This document shows positions 25,677-38,456 of a stretch of 64,000 nucleotides of DNA, one piece after another (the first letter of the stretch is position 1; each line of letters starts with the position of its first letter). The translations under genes were made by a program, and so were the position numbers. The stretch spans positions 19,592,001 to 19,656,000 of the forward strand of contig NC_043000.1 of assembly GCF_006345805.1 (NCBI RefSeq), read 5' to 3'. Under the pieces are notes generated by a model, which was given only the letters and a program-made list of their open reading frames with translations, had not been told where the DNA came from and ran no database searches. This DNA comes from Octopus sinensis (lineage: Eukaryota).

Positions 25677-25948
25677 ATGTGGAGGCACTTGGCCTAATGG
25701 TTAGAGCAGCGGACTCGCGATTGAGAGATCGCGGGTTCGAATCTCAGACCGGGCGATGTGTGTGTTTATGAGCGAAGGTAATGGCGAACTTCAGCTGACG
25801 CTTTCGCCACAACTTTCTCTCACTCTTTCCTCCTGCATCTTGTAGCTCACCTGCGACGGACTGGCCTCCCGTCCAGGTGGGGGAACCGATACGCCAAGGA
25901 AACCGGAAAACCGGTCCTGAGCCAGGAATGGCTCAAGAAGGAACAAAC

Positions 25949-25950
<2 letters not shown>
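25677..25950 (+). mobile_element. tRNA-headed SINE, family C variant
   Basis: Head GGAGGCACTTGGCCTAATGGTTAGAGCAGCGGACTCGCG...GGTTCGAATCT shared with 38457; different tail shared with ~49500-49610. Confidence 0.75.
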
Positions 25951-25993
<43 letters not shown>

Positions 25994-26021
25994 CATGTCT
26001 GTCTGTATATGAGTGTAAATA

Positions 26022-26335
26022 TGAGGAGGTACCCGGAAGCGTTCTTTGTGGGACACGCCCGTTGTAGTTCAGGCTTCCACCGTTAGAAACTACTTGATGC
26101 GATCCTCAGGTATAAGTATGCCGATCGGCGGCGTCGAGTGTAGTCCAACTGCCACGTGGTGTGTCTTTGCTTTGCAGTGCTTCTCCCCTGTTCGTCATGT
26201 TTTGCGATGGCTGAAACGAAGGAACAGTGTGCTTCCATGAAATTCTGTTTTCTGCTAGGAAAAGCGGCCGCGGAAATAGTTGTCATGCTTGTAAAAGCTT
26301 ATAAGGACGCTGCGATGAGCAAAACACAAGTCTAC
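26022..26335 (+). mobile_element. 5' fragment of a mariner element (N-terminal HTH of the transposase)
   Basis: ATG at 26207: MAETKEQCASMKFCFLLGKAAAEIVVMLVKAYKDAAMSKTQVY, typical mariner HTH start. Confidence 0.8.
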
Positions 26336-27900
26336 ATTCGGTATACTGTTGATTTTGTGTCTAAAATCATCAACTGTTTTAAGCACCGAGGCCGTGTCGA
26401 GAACTGTTTTTTGGTAACCGTGGATATTTCTTCCTTATATCCAAATATTGACCACGATGAAGGGGTAGAAGCATGCGTGGGTGCCTTCAAAAGCGGTCAA
26501 ACAAAAGTATTCCATCAAATTTTCTCTGTAGATTATTGAGGTTTGTGTTACAAAGAAACACAATGAAGTTTAGACAAAGATTTTACCATCGGATGAAGGG
26601 TTACGCCATGGATACCACCATGGCTGTTAATTTCGCTAATGTCTTCATGACGAAATTCGAGACACAGTTACTGAAAACATTCAAATCCCTTCATGGTCAT
26701 GAACCAATACTCTGGTTACAGTTCATTGATGAAGTATTTTTTGTCTGGGAAGGATCACTGGATAGTTTAATGGACTTCTTGTAATTCTGTGACTGTTATG
26801 CTAAAAACTATGGCTTTAAGTCCAACATAAAAGTTACGTCTAGTTTTTCAAAAACTAGCGTCGAATTTTTGGACACAAAAGTCAAGGTTTTTGGAGGCAG
26901 AACATTGACAGAGATATTTTGCGAGCCCACGTCATCCCACATTTATCCCCACCGCCGCTCCGATCATTCACATCATATTATTCGGTCAAATCCGAAATCT
27001 CAATATTTGAAGCTAAAACGGATTTGTACTGACATGCAAATGCTTTTGTACATCATTATGTCAAACGCGGTTACAGTGAATCACGATTAAAGGAATTAGC
27101 AAATGAAATAGCTAAGAATTGCAAAGATAGTCAAACCTTCACGCATAATTTTAGCAAACACGATATAATAGATGACAGAATTCCTTTAGTGATTAACTGG
27201 CACCGAAATTTCGCTGGCATTTCAAAAGTGTTGCGTAAAAGTTACCAGCATCTGGTGAAAAAATATCCTTGTTTCAAACAGATATTTCCTCAGTCGCCTA
27301 TTGTAGCCTTTAGACAGAGTAAGAATATAAGAGAATTATTGACCTCTACTTCTGACTCCAAGAAAACGAACATTGGAGTAACTTCACGCTGTACCTTGAA
27401 AGATAGCCGTAAGAGAAGTAAGCCCTGTTCATTGTGCAACAACATGAGTCAAGTGAATTCCATCAGGAATCATAACAGAAATGTTATGATTTGTACAGAA
27501 GGTGGGACATGTAGAGATTCCCATTTGGTGTACGCGGCAAAATGCACGAAACGCAACTTGATTTATGTTGGTTGTACAACAGAACAATCAAACGAAATAT
27601 TTAATGGGCACAGATTCAACGCCAGGAACGATAACAGTAATTCGACAAAACTTGCCGAACATTTCGTTTCAAACGGCTGCAATTTTAAAAAGGACTTGAA
27701 AGTACATATTCTCAGAAAATATTCTGAGTCTGCTTCACTTTCATGAGGAGAAATGTATTTGTGGGTTATTAACATCACGCCCTGGAGAAATAAATAAAAT
27801 GACAAGAAAACATCATCTTTTGTTTTTTCTTTCCTCATTTTTTTCTGTCATCTTTTTCTGTCTTTTTCTTTTTCCACCACCGTGTGGACGCTGGTTGCTC
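26336..27900 (+). mobile_element. 5'-truncated Penelope-like element (RT + GIY-YIG), decayed; Cys-rich linker suggests Neptune-like
   Basis: LVTVDISSLYPNI, KGYAMDTTMAVNFANVFM, WLQFIDEVFFVW, VEFLDTKV; RCTLKD..KPCSLC linker; LVYAAKCTKRNLIYVGCT GIY-YIG motif; several stops and frameshifts. Confidence 0.9.
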
Positions 27901-28031
27901 TCGGTTATAATTTAGATTTAAATTTCTATAATGTTGACCTTTTATCACTTCTTATTTTGAACTTTACAAAGACAGACTTACTGTTGAAATATCATTCAAC
28001 CAATAAAATATCTATAATAATAATAATAATG

Positions 28032-28077
<46 letters not shown>

Positions 28078-28078
<1 letters not shown>

Positions 28079-28163
28079 CATGAGCTTCTAACTTGTTGTC
28101 TCTTGAGGTCTCTGGGTGAGAGGTTGAGCCAACTTGTACAAATGTAAAGCAAAAGTCAAACAA
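28078..28163 (+). mobile_element. Probable extreme 3' remnant of an R4/Dong-type element within (TAA)n
   Basis: Unique ~85 bp between TAA tracts, loosely similar to the 3' end of the 15104-18011 element (AAATG.AA(A)GCAAA). Confidence 0.5.
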
Positions 28164-28169
28164 AATAAT

Positions 28170-28390
28170 AATAATCTACTCTTCTAATGGCACAAGGTCT
28201 GCAATTTAGGAGAAGGGGAGTAGTTGATTACATCGATCCCATTGTTTCACTGGTACTTAATTCATCGACCCCGAAAGGATGAAAGGCAATAGGGAAGACA
28301 CTCGACAAGAAACAAACTAAATTGAAAGAAAAACTCATAACAACAACAAATAATAATAATAATGATGATGATGATAATAATAATAATAAC

Positions 28391-28421
<31 letters not shown>

Positions 28422-28810
28422 GTTTCAAAATTTGCCACATGGCCAGCAAATTTTCGAATTTTGGCTCAGAACCCCGCAGCACAACAGGTTCTTATTTTAT
28501 TGATCCCGAAAGAATGATAAGTAAAGTCGACATCGGCGAAATTTGAACTCAGAACGCAAAGACGGAAGAAATACCTCTAAGGATTTTTCCCCGTGTGCAA
28601 ACAACGCTGCCAGCTCGCTGAATGATCCTTTCTGCAATAGGCCTGAAAATCTGTGGGAAGGGGCCTAGTCGATTACATCATCCCCAGTATACGCAACTGG
28701 TACTAATTTTATCGATCCCGGAAAGAAAGGTAAGGTCGACATCGGTGGAATTTGAACTTAGAACGTAAAGTCGGACGAAATGCCGCCGAGCATTTTGCCT
28801 GCTCGCCGCC
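28170..28810 (-). mobile_element. Three SINE B copies in tandem, the first interrupted by a Dong-like 3' tail (28290-28337)
   Basis: Core recurs three times; GGGAAGACACTCGACAAGAAA matches GGGAAGACACTCGGCAAGAAA of the Dong 3' UTR. Confidence 0.72.
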
Positions 28811-29334
28811 TCGTCACCACCGTGCCAATCTTAGCACCACAACTCCGCCATATTTACGTTAACACCAAGCTAGCACCGATGCCACATGAAAACAAACATC
28901 AGAGTCTGAGAATCCTACCATATATAAATAACACCACCACCACCACCACCACCGCTACCATCACCACCTCCCCTATCATCACCTCCACCGCTACCATCAC
29001 CACCACTCTCCTACCATCATCATCACCTCCATCACAACCATGATTATCCATCACAGACACTACACGTACTACCAGAGATACCAGACACACCATTATCTCT
29101 ACAAGTCTTCAACTATAACAGCAACACTATCTTCACCACCACCACCACCACCACCACTACTACCACTACTACCGCCCGACAGAACCACCACCGTCATCAT
29201 CTTCGGTGACACCACTATCGCCATCACTAACACCAACACCTCTCTCTCACCACCTCCATCACTTTCACCACCACAACACCGTCACCGCCACCTCCACCAT
29301 CATGCAACAGCTCTAAAACTACTACAACCAAACT

Positions 29335-29518
29335 CTACACACTAACTACTACTACTACTACTACTACTAATTCTGCGACAACTACCACCGCCACTACCAC
29401 CACTACCACCACCACCACCATCACAACTACTACTACTACTACTACTAATTCTGCGACAACTACCACCACCACCACTACTACTACTACCACCACCACTACC
29501 ACCACCACTACCACCACC

Positions 29519-29558
<40 letters not shown>

Positions 29559-29692
29559 ATTCTGCGACAACTACCACCACCACTACCACCACCACTACTA
29601 CTACTAATTCTGCGACAACTACCACCACCACCACCACCACCACCATCACCACCACCACCATCACCACCACTACCATCACCACCACCACCATC

Positions 29693-29735
<43 letters not shown>
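29335..29735. repeat. CAC/CTA compound microsatellite with four TAATTCTGCGACAACTACC interruptions
   Basis: Direct reading. Confidence 0.92.
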
Positions 29736-30012
29736 TATCGACCATACACCCCAACGCCAAACACTATTAACCATCAGCGGTTTTTGCAGCTTTTACCTGT
29801 TGCATAATGGCTGTGCGCATGACAAAGAACTAGATTTGAAGTGAAACCTGTAAAATGTGTTGAGAACGACTAATGGAATCGAGCTATTTATACGTGAGAG
29901 GCCGCTGCTGTCGTGGTACTTGATCATCTAGTTAGTTTCTGCTATAGCTCGCAGACATTAACTGTTAAAAGAATTATATGGAAGTTTAGTAATAAAGATA
30001 TCTACTAAAAAA

Positions 30013-30072
<60 letters not shown>

Positions 30073-30329
30073 ATTAGGTACAGGTTTATGCTTGGTATAG
30101 ATAACTGAGTTAGAAAATACTGGCTGTAACTAAAAGTTTATGTACACTTTATAAACATGAGGGCGCAAGAATGGTTGTGTGGTAAGTAGCTTGCATACCA
30201 ACACCATGGTTCTGGGTTCAGTCCCACAGCGTGGCACCTTGGGCAAGTGTCTTCTACTATAGCCTCGGGCCGACCAAAGCCTTGTGAGTGGATTTGGGAG
30301 ACGGAAACTGAAAGAAGCCCGTTGTATAT

Positions 30330-30377
<48 letters not shown>

Positions 30378-30605
30378 TAATACTCCAAGTACACTGATAT
30401 TGTGTCTAAAGCCAGCTAGAGACGAAGATCTCTTGGGGCTAGAAAGCTACAGTAACACCCCCTCCCCAATGTGGTTAGCCATGATAAGATGGCGTCTATA
30501 CTTTACATTATATATATATGTATATATATATAATGTGACCGCGTGTGTACCGTTGGCGATTTTTTTTCCTCTGTCTTCCCTTCTCTGGATCTTTCCTTCT
30601 CCTAT

Positions 30606-30640
30606 GTTTCCGACGAAGAGCTCCGCTCGAAACGTTAAAC
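30606..30640 (+). ncRNA. Minimal type-I hammerhead-ribozyme-like motif 1 (variant core)
   Basis: GTTT-CCGACGA-A-GAGC-TCC-GCTC-GAAA-CGTT-AAAC: helix I GTTT/AAAC, helix II GAGC/GCTC, palindromic AACGTT; core has C instead of U4 and an extra A. Confidence 0.5.
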
Positions 30641-30836
30641 TCCTTCTTCCTTCTTTCCTGAGCGTCCAATAATACTATATTTGTTCCACGTCCTCGCGTT
30701 GTTGTGTTTTTTGTGCTTTCGCTCTCGCGTCTCATGTTTGATCTTGACCTCTGGGCCGAAATCAGATCGCCATGTTGATTCGTTAGCTACTGCACGCATT
30801 TTTTTTCTCTCCTTCTTTCTGTGTTTTTATCTCTGT

Positions 30837-30876
30837 GTATTTCTGTTGAAGAGCGTAGGCTCGAAACGTTAAAGAC
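30837..30876 (+). ncRNA. Minimal type-I hammerhead-ribozyme-like motif 2 (variant core)
   Basis: GTATTT-CTGTTGA-A-GAGC-GTAG-GCTC-GAAA-CGTT-AAAGAC; helix I TTT/AAA plus GT/AC; core has U instead of A6. Confidence 0.45.
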
Positions 30877-31513
30877 TTGTTTTATTTATATTTCCTGAGC
30901 GCCATACTAATACAATTGTTCGTTGTTTTCCACCTGCCTTCGTCTTTTGTTTATTTTCATAAAGCTTCCCGTTATATATATGTATGTATGTATATGTTTG
31001 TGTGTCTGTGTTTGTCCCCCCAACATCGCTTGACAACCGATGCTGGTGTGTTTACGTCCCCGTCACCTAGCGGTTCGGTAAGAGAGTCTGATAGGATAAG
31101 TACTAGGCTTACAAAGAATAAGTCCTGGGGTCGATTTGCTCGACTATGGGCGGTGCTGTAGGATGGCCGCAGTCAAATGACTGAAACAAATAAAAGAATA
31201 CAAAAGAATAAAAGAATATAAAGAATATATATACACACATGTACACACACACACACACACACATACACGCACACACATACACACACACACAAACACACAC
31301 ACATAGATATATGCAAAGAGACAGTCATAGATATAGGCATAGAAAGAGAGAGAGAGAGGTGGGAGGAATGATTAAATCATGCAGGTAAATATGTGCACCA
31401 TACACGCGTGCATACAAATGCACACTCAGAGATAGATAGATAGATAGATAGATATGTAGGTGGTGGTGGTGGTGGTGGTGGTTGGTAGTAGTAGTATTAG
31501 TATTAGTAGTAGG

Positions 31514-31546
<33 letters not shown>

Positions 31547-31619
31547 GGTGGTGGTGGTGGTAGTATTAGTAGTAGTAGTGGTGGTGGTGGTGGTGGTGGT
31601 GGTGGTGGTGGTAGTAGTT

Positions 31620-31653
<34 letters not shown>

Positions 31654-32154
31654 AAGAAATAGCAGCAGCAGCAGTAGTCCTTTCTACTATGGGTTCAAGG
31701 AGGCCTGAAACTTTGGGGGACGGGGCTAGTCGATTGCATCGACCCCAGTACGTAACTGGTACTTATTTCATCGTCTCCGAAAGGATGGCAGGCAGAGTCG
31801 AGCTCGGCAGAATAATATTAATACTAATAATAATTTCTTTTGTGGTCATATGGGCATAGGTGAGAGAGAAATCACAAGGATTCACATAAATGATGGGGAA
31901 AAATGGAAAAGGCGGTGAAACGCGATAAAGTAAGCATATAAAGATGTCGTCATCATCATTGTTCGACCGTGGTCGAGACAATGGAATTTACCATGCTACG
32001 CCAGACTTCACGGTCCATCATGGCATTACGTGATGGACCGATAAAGATGTAGTCCTCCTGATACAGGAGGAACTCCAACTAGGTTCAATCAAAGAACCCC
32101 ACAGATCCAAGATTACCCTGGCCACCAAAAGCACGAGCTCTCTCTCTCTCTCCT

Positions 32155-32194
<40 letters not shown>

Positions 32195-32299
32195 CTCTCC
32201 AATCCAGAGACGTATACTTAAAATAGAGCCATTCATATTAACTATTCTTGCCAGACACCCATCTGTTCAAAAATTCACTTCCTTCTACATCCTCACTTT

Positions 32300-32715
32300 C
32301 CTTTCTATCCTCTTTCCTCTTTTACTTGTTTCAGTCATTTGACTGCGGCCATGCTGGAGCACCGCCTTTAGTCGAGCAAATCGACCCCGGGACTTATTCT
32401 TTGTAAGCCCAGTACTTTTTCTATCGGTCTTTTTTGCCAAACCGCTAGGTAACGGGGACGTAAACACACCAGCATCAGTTATCAAGCAATGCTAGGGGGA
32501 CAAACACAGACACACAAACATATACACGCACACTTATATGTATATACATATATACGACAGGCTTCTTTCAGTTTCCGTCTACCAAATCCACTCACAAGGC
32601 ATTGGTCGGCCCGGAGCTATAGCAGAAGACACTTGCCCAAGATGCCACGCAGTGGGACTGAACCCGGAACCATGTGGTTGGTTAGCAAGCTACTTACCAC
32701 ACAGCCACTCCTGTG
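32300..32715 (-). mobile_element. SINE family A, full length
   Basis: Reverse complement colinear with 7515-7928. Confidence 0.88.
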
Positions 32716-33011
32716 GAACTTTTAAAAAACACCGCTTGTCCAGTGTCTTGCTAAAGGTGGATTGTGGAGTGAACCTCGTGATGAGTTCATCAGATAGTCG
32801 TATTCGCCCCATACGTGATAACAGCTGTTCGACTTAACTCCACAAGTCAGCAATACTCGGACACTTCAAAAGTGATTGCAGAACGATCTCGTTGTTCTGC
32901 GTGAATCTCGAACAATCTCGCCTGATAGCGCTTCCGTGCCTCTGGAGTTTATCTCGAACTGGCAGTGCACAGCCAGGCGAGGGATTTCTGGAAGTTATCC
33001 AGCGTAGTACC

Positions 33012-33428
33012 TATTTCTTTATTACCCACAAGGGGCTAAACATAGAGGGGACAAACATGGACAGACATAGGTATTAAGTCGATTATATCGACCCCAGTGC
33101 TTAACTGGTACTTAATTTATCGACCCCGAAAGGATGAAAGGCAAAGTCGACCTCGGCGGAATTTGAACTCTCAACGTAACGGCAGCCGAAATACCTATTT
33201 CTTTATTACCCATAAGGGGCTAAACATAGAGGGGACAAACATGGACAGACATAGGTATTAAGTCGATTATATCGACCCCAGTGCTTAACTGGTACTTAAT
33301 TTATCGACCCCGAAAGGATGAAAGGCAAAGTCGACCTCGGCGGAATTTGAACTCTCAACGTAACGGCAGCCGAAATACCCCTAAGCATTTCGCCCGACGT
33401 GCTAACGATTCTGCTAGCTCGCCGCCTT
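33012..33428 (-). mobile_element. SINE B with a 184-bp near-perfect tandem duplication of its body
   Basis: 33008-33191 repeated at 33192-33375; GTAGTACC at 33004-33011 and 33429-33436. Confidence 0.88.
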
Positions 33429-33684
33429 GTAGTACCGGGCCAGCGTAGTACCGGGCCAGAAAGTCCTCCGAAACAGACCAGTTAGTTCATACTCGTCGAC
33501 ACCTAAAGTCTCCCTGAGAATTTCATCGTTCTAATCTACAGCTAGATTTCTCAATATTGCTACCTATCCCTCCTCATGTTTGTTAGTTTCTATCTATCGT
33601 CCTCTTACTATGAACATATATTCTCTGCCTCTCTTTTTTTAAAGCCTACCTTTGTATATCTCCCACTACAAGTACAGCTTTACT

Positions 33685-33809
33685 TTCTTTGTAAGCCTAG
33701 TACTTATTCTATCGGTTTCTTTTGCCTAAGTTACCGCTAAGTTACGGGGACGTAAACACACCAGCATCGGTTGTCAAGCGATGTTGGGGGGACAAACACA
33801 GACACACGA

Positions 33810-33841
<32 letters not shown>

Positions 33842-34030
33842 TATATATACATATACACATATACGACAGGCTTTTTAAAGTTTCCGTCTAGCAAATCCAC
33901 TCACAAGGCTTTGGTTGGTCCAGGGCTATAGTAGAATATACGTGCCCAAGATGCCACACAGTGGGACTGAAACCGGAACCATGTGGTTGGTAAGCAAGCT
34001 ACTTACCACACAGCCACTTCTGCGCCTACT
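33685..34030 (-). mobile_element. SINE family A
   Basis: Reverse complement matches 7515-7820. Confidence 0.82.
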
Positions 34031-34101
34031 TACAAGCAATCACACTAATATACAAGTATATATATATATGCCTATATATTTATATGCACATATATATGGA
34101 A

Positions 34102-34487
34102 TGGAAGCACTCCGTCGGTTACGACGATGAGAGTTCCGGTTGATCCGAATCAACGGAACAGCCTGCTCGTGAAATTAACGTGTAAGTGGCTGAGCACTCC
34201 ACAGACAAGTGCACCCTTAACGTAGTTCTCGGGGATATTCAGCGTGACACAGAGAGTGACAAGGCCGGCCCCTTGAAATACAGGTACAACAGAAACAGGA
34301 AGTAAAAGTGAGAGAAAGTTGTGGTGAAAGAGTACAGCAGGGATCACCACCATCCCCTGCCGGAGCCTCGTGGAGCTTTTAGGTGTTTTCGCTCAATAAA
34401 CACTCACAACGCCCGGTCTGGGAATCGAAACCGCGATCCTACGACCGCGAGTCCGCTGCCCTAACCACTGGGCCATTGCGCCTCCAC
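34102..34487 (-). mobile_element. tRNA-headed SINE family C, full length
   Basis: Reverse complement nearly identical to 38457-38835. Confidence 0.88.
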
Positions 34488-34489
34488 TC

Positions 34490-35035
34490 ACATATATATA
34501 TACATACATATAAACATATATATACATACATATAAACACGCATACATACATACATACAAACATACATACATACATACATACATACATACAAACATACATA
34601 CATACATACCTACATACATACATACATACATACATACATACATACATACATACATACATACAAAAATTTTCAGCTGACAATAATTTAGGATTAAACACTG
34701 CATTATGTATTGAACAGTCTTTTCTTCTCCATCATGAAATCCTTTCTATCATAACACACGCGCACACGCATACACATACACACACAGGGACACACACACA
34801 CGTATACATACAGATATATACGCACATTGTATTAAGTTACGAATTACCCACTAATGGCTGTAAGCGTTAATAATGGTACTTCACTCTGCAGTTTCTTGCA
34901 TCGAGTACTTTTAGAGGCAAATGGAGCTCTTATCTGAGGTGTTATTACACACACACACACGCATGCACGCACGTACACACATACGCATATACACACATAC
35001 ATATACAGAGAGGAGATGGATGTGCACATACACAG

Positions 35036-35128
<93 letters not shown>

Positions 35129-35157
35129 CATAGATAGATAGATAGACAGACAGATAG

Positions 35158-35190
<33 letters not shown>

Positions 35191-35206
35191 TTAGATAGAT
35201 AGATAG

Positions 35207-35240
<34 letters not shown>

Positions 35241-35252
35241 CAGAAGACAGAC

Positions 35253-35322
<70 letters not shown>

Positions 35323-35345
35323 TTAGATAGATAGATAGATAGATA
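34490..35345. repeat. (TACA)n (34490-34662) and (GATA)n (35035-35345) microsatellites
   Basis: Direct reading. Confidence 0.93.
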
Positions 35346-35561
35346 CACGGATCACATGGCACATGTTAACTCATCCTCAAAACGACGCATTATCACAAAA
35401 GTTCTCAAGAAATCAAATAAATTAAATTAGAGCGATGACAAAATGTATGCGAAAAGTGGAGCGAAAATTGTAAAAGCTCGAGCGTACAACATCAAGAATA
35501 TACATGTGCATATGTGTATGTATGTGTATGCGTATGAATATACATATACACACATATAACA

Positions 35562-35707
<146 letters not shown>

Positions 35708-35770
35708 TATTACAATTGTTCGTTTGTTTTCCACTGCCTTAGTCTTTTGTTTATTTCATAAAGCTTCCCG

Positions 35771-35811
<41 letters not shown>

Positions 35812-35892
35812 TATCTATATACTGAATCAGGTGCTGTATTAAGTAGTGTCATGGACCAATTTTTGGTCGAAACATATCACCAAGAAATAAAT

Positions 35893-36180
35893 TTATATCC
35901 CGGACCGGGCTGCGTGTTGTGTTCTCGAGCAAGGCACTTTATTTCACGTTGCTCCAGTTCACTCAGCTGTAGAAATGAGTTGCGATGTCACTGGTGCCAA
36001 ACTGTATTGGCCCCTTTGCCTTTCCCTTGGATAACACTGGTGGCGTGGAGAGGGGAGGCTGGTATGCATGGGCGACTGCTGGTCTTCCATAAACAACCTT
36101 GCTCGGACTTGTGTCTAGGAGGGTAACTTTCTAGGTGCAATCCCATGGTCATTCATGACCGAAGGGGGTCTTTACCCCTT
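35893..36180 (+). mobile_element. SINE family D (TTGAGCAAGGCACTT...CAGTTCACTCAGCTGTAGAAATGAG core), 5'-truncated
   Basis: Matches 48350-48652. Confidence 0.8.
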
Positions 36181-36270
36181 TATATATGTAAATATATGCG
36201 CACATGCATATACATACATATACCTATACATGCATATACATATATATACATATACCTATATCTATATATA

Positions 36271-36342
<72 letters not shown>

Positions 36343-36393
36343 ATTTACCCATCTATCTATCTCTTTCTCCCCCCTCTCCCTCTTTCTCTCTCG

Positions 36394-36433
<40 letters not shown>

Positions 36434-36436
<3 letters not shown>

Positions 36437-36575
36437 CGCAGGAGTGATTGTGTGGCAAGTAGCTTGCGTGGCACCTTGGGCAAGTGTCTTCTACTATAGC
36501 CTCGGGACAACAATAGCCTTGTGAGTGGATTTGGTAGACGGAAACTGAAAGAAGCCCGTCGTATATATATGTATG

Positions 36576-36608
<33 letters not shown>

Positions 36609-36820
36609 ATCTTTGCGTGTCTGTGTTTGTCCCTCCCCACAGCATCGCTTTGACAACCGATGCTGGTGTGTTTACGTCCCCGTCTCTTAGCGGTTCGGCA
36701 AGAGAGAACGATAGAATAAGTACTAGGCTCACAAAGAATAAGTCCAGGGGTCGATTTGCTCGATAAAAGGCAGTGCCCAAGCATGACCGCAGTCAACTGA
36801 CTGAAACAAAATAAAAAAAG
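36434..36820 (+). mobile_element. SINE family A with internal deletion in the head
   Basis: Matches 7515-7928. Confidence 0.82.
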
Positions 36821-37125
36821 AAATAATATATATATATATATATATATCCACACATACATTATATAATATTACAATATATATATAATATATATATATATAT
36901 ACATACAGGTATGTATTATAGATAATATATATATATATATTATTATAGATATAAATACATGTATACTATATATTATATATATTATAAATGCAAACTTCTT
37001 TATAGATATATGACGTTGGTATTTCCTTCCATTGTTTCTATCTTTAAATTGATGTCACTGTCGATCTCTACCCAGACGTGTCATTCACATACACACCCGC
37101 GCGCACTCACAGACGCTCATAAACA

Positions 37126-37160
<35 letters not shown>

Positions 37161-37449
37161 ACACACACGCACACATAGAAAAGAAAAGAACTCACGTTTC
37201 ACCGAACTTCTGGAGTTCTCTTACTAATCTCTCACTCAAACGCATACACACCAACACACATACCCCCCCCCACACACACACACGCACGCACGCACACATG
37301 CACAGACATACACACATATGCACATATTTTTTTCATACAAATATACTCTCAAGTACATTCAAACCCCAGGCCCTCGTCTAAATTCGGTCACTCTTCACCC
37401 ATGCCTCACTAGTCTTTTACATGATCATGTACTTACTGCAAAATCTCAC

Positions 37450-37902
37450 ATACATACATACATACATACATACATACATACATACATACATACACACACA
37501 CGCATACATACATTCATACATACATACATACATACATACACACACATATACACACACGCATACATATATTCATATATACATACACACACATACACACTCA
37601 TACATGCATACATACATACATTCATACATACATACATACATGCATGCATGCATGCATGCATACATACATACATACATTCATACATATATACATAATACAT
37701 ACATACATACATAATACATACATACATACATACATACATACATACATACATACATACGTATATACATACGTATATACATACATACGTACATACATACATG
37801 CATACATACATACATACATACGTACATACATACGTATATACATACATATGTACATACATACATACGTATATACATACATACATACATACATGCATACATA
37901 CA

Positions 37903-37935
<33 letters not shown>

Positions 37936-38110
37936 GCATACATACGTACATACATACATACATACATGCATACATACATACATACATACATACATACATG
38001 CATGTATGCATACATACATACATACATACATACATACATACATACGTATATACATACATACGTATATACATACATACGTACATACATACGTATATACATA
38101 CATACATACA

Positions 38111-38144
<34 letters not shown>

Positions 38145-38235
38145 ATACATACATACGTACATACATACATACGTACATACATGCATACATACATACATAC
38201 ATACATACATACATACATACATGCATACATACATA
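37450..38235. repeat. (TACA)n microsatellite, ~790 bp
   Basis: Direct reading; source of the YIHT/MYVC ORFs. Confidence 0.97.
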
Positions 38236-38456
38236 TGTGCACTCACACTAGTAGAATTATACTCGACACATACACTTCAACTGTAATACCATCTTTCAAT
38301 ATTCTCGATTATCTTCCAGTCTACACTCCTACATACCGCCACTATCATTTCACTCTATTTCACCCATTAGAGCAACATAATGGAAGTATATAATAATGCA
38401 TACACAGTTCAATTGCATCAGGCAACGTGACAAGATACGGTAATAGTACAGTAGTG

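Larger units (their letters stand above)
30535..30975 (+). mobile_element. (TA)n-flanked non-coding element made of two diverged units, each with a hammerhead-like motif; probable Penelope-type terminal-repeat derivative
   Basis: (TA)n on both sides; both units share motif-TTCCTGAGCG-CA..TAATAC; the 3' part recurs at 20226-20324 and 35706-35773. Confidence 0.6.
30160..31215 (+). mobile_element. SINE A split by insertions in its internal (TA)n (head 30160-30325, tail ~30980-31215)
   Basis: Both halves match 7515-7928. Confidence 0.82.

Noticed and set aside
37446-38393. YIHT/MYVC and YLSI repeat ORFs (also 34393-35362, 62108-62578)
   Set aside because: Translations of (TACA)n and (GATA)n microsatellites.
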